From: Vulcanimicrobiota bacterium
GTDB lineage: Bacteria; Vulcanimicrobiota; Vulcanimicrobiia; Eremiobacterales; Eremiobacteraceae
Assembly: GCA_963812135.1 (NCBI GenBank)
Contig: CAWETU010000001.1
Location: 736,001-800,000, forward strand
Direction of reading: 5' to 3'
DNA: 64,000 bases
How positions within the stretch are numbered: the stretch's first letter is position 1; every line of letters starts with the position of its first letter. The translations under genes were made by a program, and so were the position numbers. Under the pieces are notes generated by a model, which searched no databases, was not told the origin of the DNA, and saw only the letters and a program-made list of their open reading frames with translations. Positions 58,094-64,000 of this stretch are shown here, in pieces.

Positions 58094-59011
58094 GTGGCCG
58101 TCGCGACCCAGACTCTGCCGCCGCTGATCCTCGAAGACGATTTCGTCTCACGGCGCAATCTCGTCTGGAAGAAATTCTCGCGACATCGCCCCGCGCTGAT
58201 CGGCGCGTGCGTGCTGCTGATCTTCGTGCTCGCCGCGATCCTCGCGAAATGGCTCGCGCCGTTCGACCCCGCCGCGATCGATCCGGTATGGCAGGGCACG
58301 CCGCTCGCACCGGGCGTGCACAACCATCTGCTCGGCTCGGACGAGCTCGGTCGGGACCTGCTGTCGCGGCTCATGTACGGCGGCCAGATCTCGCTCTCGC
58401 TGGCGGCCACCGCCATGCTCATCGAAGTCGTGCTCGGCACGATTCTCGGAGCGATCGCCGGCTATTTCGGCGGCTGGGTCGACTACGCCATCATGCGCGT
58501 CACCGATGTCTTCTTGTCCATCCCGCTGCTGCCGCTATTGCTGGTGCTCACCGGCATCGTCGCGGCGACGTCGGTCAAGGCGAACCTCGGATTCGTGTGG
58601 GTCGCCGTCATCATCGGCGTGCTGTCGTGGATGACCGTCGCGCGTCTCGTGCGCGGCGCGTTCTTGAGCCTGCGCGAAAAGGAATTCGCCGAGGCCGCGC
58701 GCGCGATCGGCAGCAAGAACATCTCGATCATGTTCAAGCATCTGCTGCCCAACACGGTCGCGCCGATCATCGTGCAGGCGACGCTCGACGTCGCCGGCAT
58801 CATCATCCTCGAGTCGACGCTGTCGTTCTTGGGCTTCGGCGTCCAGCCGCCGACCGCGTCGTGGGGTAACATGCTCTCGAGCGCGCCGGAGAACATGCAG
58901 ATCGCGTGGTGGGCCGGCGTGTTCCCCGGTCTGTGCATCTTCTTGACGGTCTTGTCGATCAATTACATGGGCGACGGCTTGCGCGACGCGCTCGATCCAA
59001 ACGTCGAATAG
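58094..59011 (+). CDS. Peptide/nickel ABC transporter permease (DppC/OppC)
   Basis: HLLGSDELGRD, EFAEAARAIG, HLLPN, GDGLRDALDP. Confidence 0.93.
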   Translation: MAVATQTLPPLILEDDFVSRRNLVWKKFSRHRPALIGACVLLIFVLAAILAKWLAPFDPAAIDPVWQGTPLAPGVHNHLLGSDELGRDLLSRLMYGGQISLSLAATAMLIEVVLGTILGAIAGYFGGWVDYAIMRVTDVFLSIPLLPLLLVLTGIVAATSVKANLGFVWVAVIIGVLSWMTVARLVRGAFLSLREKEFAEAARAIGSKNISIMFKHLLPNTVAPIIVQATLDVAGIIILESTLSFLGFGVQPPTASWGNMLSSAPENMQIAWWAGVFPGLCIFLTVLSINYMGDGLRDALDPNVE

Positions 59012-59023
59012 CACGCTTCGGCC

Positions 59024-59052
59024 TTGACGGCGCGGGCCGCGTAGCGTATAAA
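59024..59052 (+). promoter_or_regulatory. Sigma70 promoter of tRNA-Leu
   Basis: TTGACG-17 nt-TATAAA, 12 nt before the tRNA. Confidence 0.75.
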
Positions 59053-59064
59053 TGTCTGGTGCCC

Positions 59065-59151
59065 GCCCAGGTGGCGGAATTGGTAGACGCGCTAGTTTGA
59101 GGGGCTAGTCGGGTAAAACCGGTGCAGGTTCGAGTCCTGTCCTGGGCACCA
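59065..59151 (+). tRNA. tRNA-Leu (anticodon GAG)
   Basis: GCCCAGG/CCTGGGC acceptor stem, D-arm GGCGGAATTGGTAGACGC, anticodon loop TTGAGGG, long variable arm, GGTTCGAGTCC, encoded CCA. Confidence 0.96.
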
Positions 59152-59165
59152 TTGGAGGATGACGC

Positions 59166-60116
59166 GTGAAGTGGGCGATCGGCGTGGATCTCGGCGGCAC
59201 GCACGTGGCCGCAGCGCCGGTCGACGAACGCGGCCGCATCCGTAATATCTATACTCGCGAGCTCGAATCGCACGACATCAAGTACGTCGTCGGCGAGGTC
59301 GCCAAAGTCGTCGACAAAGCCGTGGCTCTGCTCGGCAAACGCGACAAGTTCACGATCGGCGTCGGCTCGCCAGGTAACATCGAAGAGCGTACGGGCATCG
59401 TGCGCTGGTCGCCGAACTTCGGTTGGCAAGACGTGCCGCTGCGCGACAAGCTCGAGAAGAAGCTCGGCCATCCTGTCCGTCTGCTCAACGACGCGCGCTG
59501 CGCCACCATCGGCGAATATCTCTACGGCGTCGGCAAAGGCGCGCGCGACTTCGTGCTGATCACGCTCGGCACCGGCATCGGCGGCGGCATCGTCGCCAAC
59601 GGCAAACTGTTGCTGGGGCACGCGATGGGCGCGGGCGAGATGGGCCATCACGTCATCCGGGCCGACAGCGGGTTCACATGCACGTGCGGAAAGATCGGCT
59701 GCTTCGAAGCGCAAGCTTCGGGCACCGCGCTGTTGCGCCACGCGCTTGCGCTTGCGCCGTCGTTTCCGCGCAGCACGCTGCTCACCGGCACGCCGCAAGC
59801 GGACTGGGGATCGAAGATGATCTCGCGTGCCGCGGCGGCGGGCGATCTGCATGCCGTGGCGACTTGGAACGCATGGCTGCGCGATCTCGCGTGCGGCGTC
59901 GCGAACATCATCGCATTTCTCAATCCCGAAATCATCGCGCTTGGCGGCGGCGTCGGCCGCACGGACGACACGCTGTTAGCGCAGCCACTCACCAAACTCG
60001 TGGACGAACAGACTGTCACGGTGCCCAAACATCAGACGACGATCGTGCGCGCCAAACTCGGCAACGAAGCCGGCATCGTGGGCGCCGGCTCCATGGCGTT
60101 GCACGGAGTTCCCTAA
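59166..60116 (+). CDS. ROK-family sugar kinase (glucokinase-like)
   Basis: GVDLGGT, NDARCA, LGTGIGGG, GEMGH, CTCGKIGCFE. Confidence 0.92.
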   Translation: MKWAIGVDLGGTHVAAAPVDERGRIRNIYTRELESHDIKYVVGEVAKVVDKAVALLGKRDKFTIGVGSPGNIEERTGIVRWSPNFGWQDVPLRDKLEKKLGHPVRLLNDARCATIGEYLYGVGKGARDFVLITLGTGIGGGIVANGKLLLGHAMGAGEMGHHVIRADSGFTCTCGKIGCFEAQASGTALLRHALALAPSFPRSTLLTGTPQADWGSKMISRAAAAGDLHAVATWNAWLRDLACGVANIIAFLNPEIIALGGGVGRTDDTLLAQPLTKLVDEQTVTVPKHQTTIVRAKLGNEAGIVGAGSMALHGVP

Positions 60117-60123
60117 GAGGTTC

Positions 60124-61311
60124 TTAGGAGACCGCGACCTTCGCGGGTGCGGGCAGCATGCTCGCCAACAGGCGCGCGATGTCTTCGGCCGCGTGGGGAC
60201 GAGCGCTTTCGAGCGCGCGCTGTCGGTAATCGCCTAACACTTTTGGATCGCGGAAGAATCGGCGCAACGTCGCGCTGACTTCAGGCGCCTCGAGCGCCAC
60301 TACGCCGGCGCCGCGCGACTCCACGTATGCCAAGTTGCCCGCTTCTTGGCCCGAGATGTAATCGCAGACGATGATCGGCAGGCCGCACGCCGCGGCCTCG
60401 GCGATCGTGCCGGGCCCCGCTTTGGAGAGCAGCACATCAGCGGCGCGCATGTAGTCCGCGATGTTGTCGACGAAGCCGAGGATTTTCGCATCCTCGCGGA
60501 AGCGCGGCGCCATCGCGATCAAGCGCTCGCGCAGGCCTTCGTTTCTGCCAGCGATGGCGACGACTTGCAGATTGAGCGCGCGCACCGTGCCGGCGATGCG
60601 CCGCAAGATGCTGCGCAGCCGCCCGCCGCCCTCGCCGCCGGACATCACGAGCAACGTGTGCCGCGCGGGATCGAGCCCGAGGGCGCGCTTGGCCTCGAGC
60701 CGGTCGCGCGGCGGCGAAAAACCGTCGCGGATAGGCAGGCCGAGATTGTGCACGCGCTCGGCCGGGATGCCGCGGCTCGTGCACACGCGCACGGCTTCAG
60801 CCGACGCGACGACGTATTGATCCGCGGATGCGTCGGCGGTCCACGCGTGGTGGATGGTCACGAGGTCGGTGATGACGGTGACCAGCGGCGCGCGGCTGCC
60901 GATCGCATTGATCGTCTCGCGCGCGAGTTCGTTGAGCAGCGGATGAACCGAGACGACCAGCGACGGATCCACGCGCTCAATGAGCTGGCGGAAGTTGCCG
61001 CGGATGAACGGCTTGCCGAGCTCGGTCATGATCCGCGCGCGCGTGCGTCCGTTTGAGAGATGGAACAGCGCCGGATAGGGACTCGGCTGGACGTTCAAGA
61101 GCGCACCGTAGCTCTTGATGCCTTCACGCAGCGGGAAGACGCCGCAAGCGGCAAACGCGTCGATCATCTCGGTGCGCACGCCGCCCGCCTCGAGCCGTTG
61201 GAGCGCGCTGTCGATCGCTTCGGCGGCAGTGCGATGCCCGCCGCCCGTGTCGGAGAACAAGAACAGCACGGAGGGTTGTTTGGACGAAGATCCGTCCTGC
61301 GCGGGAGGCAC
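60124..61311 (-). CDS. MGDG synthase/UgtP-family glycosyltransferase
   Basis: SDTGGGH, VSVHP, TVITD, SKAGPGTIAEA, GQEAGN; start inferred. Confidence 0.88.
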   Translation of the reverse strand: MPPAQDGSSSKQPSVLFLFSDTGGGHRTAAEAIDSALQRLEAGGVRTEMIDAFAACGVFPLREGIKSYGALLNVQPSPYPALFHLSNGRTRARIMTELGKPFIRGNFRQLIERVDPSLVVSVHPLLNELARETINAIGSRAPLVTVITDLVTIHHAWTADASADQYVVASAEAVRVCTSRGIPAERVHNLGLPIRDGFSPPRDRLEAKRALGLDPARHTLLVMSGGEGGGRLRSILRRIAGTVRALNLQVVAIAGRNEGLRERLIAMAPRFREDAKILGFVDNIADYMRAADVLLSKAGPGTIAEAAACGLPIIVCDYISGQEAGNLAYVESRGAGVVALEAPEVSATLRRFFRDPKVLGDYRQRALESARPHAAEDIARLLASMLPAPAKVAVS

Positions 61312-61404
61312 GATCAGTGCTTTCGCGTTGCGGCCTGTGCCGCCCCTGGGCGAGGTGGGCGCGGCCGCTCGCCAGAACTGAAGGGACGGCGTAAAGGAGA
61401 CACT

Positions 61405-62559
61405 ATCAAGAACAGCAGCATCACCGTCAACCCCGGCCTCGAAGGCGTCGTCGTGGGCGCCACCGGCATCAGCAAAGTCGCGGGCGAGGAGGGCCGCCTC
61501 ACCTATCGCGGGTTTGACATCGCCGACCTTGCCGCGCACGCGACATTCGAAGAGGTCGCGTTTCTTTTGTGGGACGGCCGCCTGCCGAACCGCAAAGAGC
61601 TCGACGAAACGCGAGCCCAGATGGCGTCCAAGCGGGCCTTGCCCGGTCCCGTGCTGGACATGTTGCACGGCGTGCCGCGCGACGCGTGGCCGATGGACGT
61701 CTTGCGCACCGCGGTCTCCTCGTTATCGCTCCACGTGCCGCACAAACCAGACGGCACGCACGTGTCCGACGTCTCGACCGCGATGCATCTCACCGCGTCC
61801 ACCGCGACCGCCGTCGCAGCGTGGGACCGGTTGCGGCGCGGTCTGGAACCGGTCGCACCGCGCTCCGATCTCGCGCATGCAGCCAACTTCCTTTATATGA
61901 AGAACGGCGAGGTGCCGTCCGAGACGGCCGCTCGCGCGCTCGACGTCTATTTCGTGCTGCTCGCCGACCACGGGTTCAACGCGTCAACGTTCGCGGCGCG
62001 CGTCGCCGCGAGCACGTGGGCCGACATGTATGCCGCGTCGACCGCGGCAATCGCGACGCTCCAGGGCGATCTGCACGGCGGCGCGCCCGGCAAAGTCATG
62101 AAGATGATCCTCGACATCGGCGACCCTGCCAAGGCCGAGGCGTACGTGCGCGCGTTGCTCGAAAAGGGCGACCGCGTCATGGGGATCGGCCATCGCGAAT
62201 ACAAGGTGCGCGATCCGCGTGCCGAGCCGCTCGAGCGGATGGCGCGCGAACTGGGCGCCAACGTGGGCACGCCGCAATGGTACGCCGTCGCGCGTAAGCT
62301 CGAAGACGTCGCGGTCCAACAGCTTCACGAGAAAAAGCCCGGCCGCCGCCTGTATGCGAACGTCGAGTTCTACTCCGCGCCGACGCTCTATGCGCTCGGC
62401 ATCGATCCCGACGAATTCACGTGCATGTTCGCGTGCTCGCGCATGGCCGGCTGGACCGCTCACATCATGGAGCAGATGAAGGATAACCGGCTGATTCGGC
62501 CGCAGGTTGAATACACCGGATTGGTCGGCTTACCGTGGGTTTCGATCGATCGCCGCTAA
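61405..62559 (+). CDS. Citrate/methylcitrate synthase, apparent non-canonical ATC start
   Basis: PGLEGV, DHGFNASTF, LHGGA, MGIGHREYKVRDPR, NVEFYS, NRLIRP. Confidence 0.92.
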   Translation: MKNSSITVNPGLEGVVVGATGISKVAGEEGRLTYRGFDIADLAAHATFEEVAFLLWDGRLPNRKELDETRAQMASKRALPGPVLDMLHGVPRDAWPMDVLRTAVSSLSLHVPHKPDGTHVSDVSTAMHLTASTATAVAAWDRLRRGLEPVAPRSDLAHAANFLYMKNGEVPSETAARALDVYFVLLADHGFNASTFAARVAASTWADMYAASTAAIATLQGDLHGGAPGKVMKMILDIGDPAKAEAYVRALLEKGDRVMGIGHREYKVRDPRAEPLERMARELGANVGTPQWYAVARKLEDVAVQQLHEKKPGRRLYANVEFYSAPTLYALGIDPDEFTCMFACSRMAGWTAHIMEQMKDNRLIRPQVEYTGLVGLPWVSIDRR

Positions 62560-62566
62560 GAGAGGC

Positions 62567-63256
62567 ATGTTGTCAATGAAGACCCGTCTACTCGTTGCGG
62601 CCGCGTTTATCGCGGTCGGGTGCATCGCGCTTTCCGTCGTCGGCTGCTCCAAAGGGCAGCAGCAAACGTCGGGCCCAATAGCCTCGGCGCCTGCGCTCGC
62701 CAACACAACGGGCTTGCCGTTGCCGGACACCGCCGTCGTCATCGACGCGCGCCAATTCCACCAGACCATCGATCCGTCGCAAGAGAAGGGCACGGCGATG
62801 TCCTCGCTAGGCAAGGGAAACTATGACGGGAACGAGGTCGTCGCATCGAGCACGGCCAGCACCGACGATCTCAACAAGTGGCTCGCGACGGTGAACCCGC
62901 CCGCCGGCTACACGCGCGCGAACATTCCGGCGAATGTGTCGACGACGGCGCAGCGCTACGGCATCACATACGTCGTCTTCACCAGCGGCAACTCAAAAGG
63001 CTCGACCGTCATCGTGATGGACCCCAAGACGGTCTACGCCAAGCTCGGGCCGGTGCTCAAAGTGCTCGACAGCTACAGCTCGCTGCCGCCCCAGATGCGC
63101 GCGGGCATGGACAGTCAAGTCAAAGCGCGCACCGGACAATCGATCAGCGAGATGATGGACAAGAGCGCGCCGCTTGGCGCGGCGATCGCCGCCATCAACG
63201 AGTTCCGCAACTCCGACAAGCGCGCGATCATCTTGGTGACGGCTCAGAAGATCTAG
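62567..63256 (+). CDS. Hypothetical lipoprotein
   Basis: Signal peptide with VVGC lipobox; start 62567 or 62576. Confidence 0.7.
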   Translation: MLSMKTRLLVAAAFIAVGCIALSVVGCSKGQQQTSGPIASAPALANTTGLPLPDTAVVIDARQFHQTIDPSQEKGTAMSSLGKGNYDGNEVVASSTASTDDLNKWLATVNPPAGYTRANIPANVSTTAQRYGITYVVFTSGNSKGSTVIVMDPKTVYAKLGPVLKVLDSYSSLPPQMRAGMDSQVKARTGQSISEMMDKSAPLGAAIAAINEFRNSDKRAIILVTAQKI

Positions 63257-63277
63257 CGCTCCCAAGTAGACTCCTAC

Positions 63278-63312
63278 AGGCCCCGAGCGTTGTGCTCGGG
63301 GCCTCTTCGTTT
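63278..63312 (+). terminator. Intrinsic terminator-like hairpin
   Basis: AGGCCCCGAGC-gttgt-GCTCGGGGCCT then CTTCGTTT. Confidence 0.65.
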
Positions 63313-63335
63313 GTGCGCAGGAGCGCAGTATCATA

Positions 63336-63371
63336 TTAAGGGAAACTTAAGAAGGGTTAACGAGTATTAAG
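63336..63371. promoter_or_regulatory. Four helically phased TTAA repeats
   Basis: TTAA at 63336, 63347, 63357, 63367 in an AT-rich patch ending just before ATG 63375. Confidence 0.55.
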
Positions 63372-63374
63372 GCT

Positions 63375-63845
63375 ATGCGCGTGCCTGTTCTCCTCGGTCG
63401 CTTCATCGCATTGACGGCGCTCATCGCCGCTGCGGCTGTTGCGCCCTGCTCAGCCGCCGATCAGCGGCAAGCCACACCGCCGCCGTTGTTTCTCGCCGGC
63501 TTCGCACTTCCGAACGTCGTGTATTACGGCAACTGTGGAATCGTCCGGCCGACTGTGCTCACGTTTCGCAGCGATTTCACGTCCGACTACAGCCTGCGTG
63601 TCACCGCACGTTACGATTACGTGAGTGAGAATCCGCGGCTGCCCGAATCGACGACGTTGAGCGTGCAGTTGGCGCAGCTCACCACCGTCACGTACGGCGC
63701 AAGCGTCGACGTCGAATCGGAAGCCTTCGCATACCTGCGCGGCGGAAGCGGCACGTTGCGTTATCGAGTCACCGCGATCGACGCGCTGGCGACGCCGAGC
63801 GAAGGCATCACGGGAAGCGTCCGAGTCGAGTACTGCGGCGCCTAA
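63375..63845 (+). CDS. Hypothetical exported beta-rich protein
   Basis: Signal peptide; 156 aa. Confidence 0.65.
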   Translation: MRVPVLLGRFIALTALIAAAAVAPCSAADQRQATPPPLFLAGFALPNVVYYGNCGIVRPTVLTFRSDFTSDYSLRVTARYDYVSENPRLPESTTLSVQLAQLTTVTYGASVDVESEAFAYLRGGSGTLRYRVTAIDALATPSEGITGSVRVEYCGA

Positions 63846-64000
63846 CCACGAACGTCACAGTGTAAAACTCGGGTGCGTTCAGCTACAAAACACCACTCCT
63901 AAACGGCCCATCGGGGGTTACCAGCGCCGTCAGGAACCAATCGTGTAAACGCAGAACCCTCAGGTGATGCAGGTACAAAGCCCGCCTAGGTTTCGGGACC

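Noticed and set aside
59065..59151. tRNA as an integration site
   Set aside because: No integrase or duplicated tRNA 3' end seen; flanks are housekeeping genes
254..62463. Numerous long Arg/Ala-rich alternative-frame ORFs (e.g. 254..1405, 18574..20361, 53619..55058)
   Set aside because: Expected shadow ORFs in high-GC DNA, overlapping well-supported genes and lacking motifs
60124..62559. Long overlap between the glycosyltransferase and citrate synthase ORFs
   Set aside because: ORF-finder upstream extensions; conserved domains start near 61311 (minus) and 61405 (plus)

Overview
High-GC bacterial chromosomal segment from a diderm (it encodes TonB-dependent receptors and a beta-barrel). The gene mix suggests Eremiobacterota/Vulcanimicrobiota, but that is inference only. 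In order: (1) a compact, divergent flagellar/T3SS block (flgC-fliE-fliF-fliH-fliI-lytic transglycosylase) with no separate fliG, although FliF ends in a FliG-like tail. (2) A 12.5-kb metal-acquisition region bracketed by two near-identical 25-bp Fur/Zur-type palindromes. It holds a ZnuACB-like ABC transporter, a Fur-family regulator, two DUF3105 paralogs and two TonB-dependent receptors. Each receptor is preceded by a multi-pass membrane leader ORF ending in RPPP, whose 3' end can base-pair with the receptor's Shine-Dalgarno (candidate metal-sensing ribosome-arrest attenuators). (3) Metabolic genes: SDR, lutABC, moeB, aquaporin, rhodanese, MocR regulator, P5C dehydrogenase and an FAD-oxidoreductase/cyclase/ketosynthase trio. 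(4) A 12-kb candidate conflict/immune locus: patatin, SLOG-SLATT, triple-TIR, nSTAND1-TM-WD40 and a secreted YD-repeat protein. (5) creD-like, egtB-like, ECF sigma/anti-sigma, a DUF4331 pair, M16 peptidase, icd, acnA, peptide ABC permeases, tRNA-Leu(GAG), ROK kinase, glycolipid glycosyltransferase and citrate synthase. Four +1 frameshifts at short homopolymers look like long-read errors. All product calls come from motif recognition by eye; no database searches were run.
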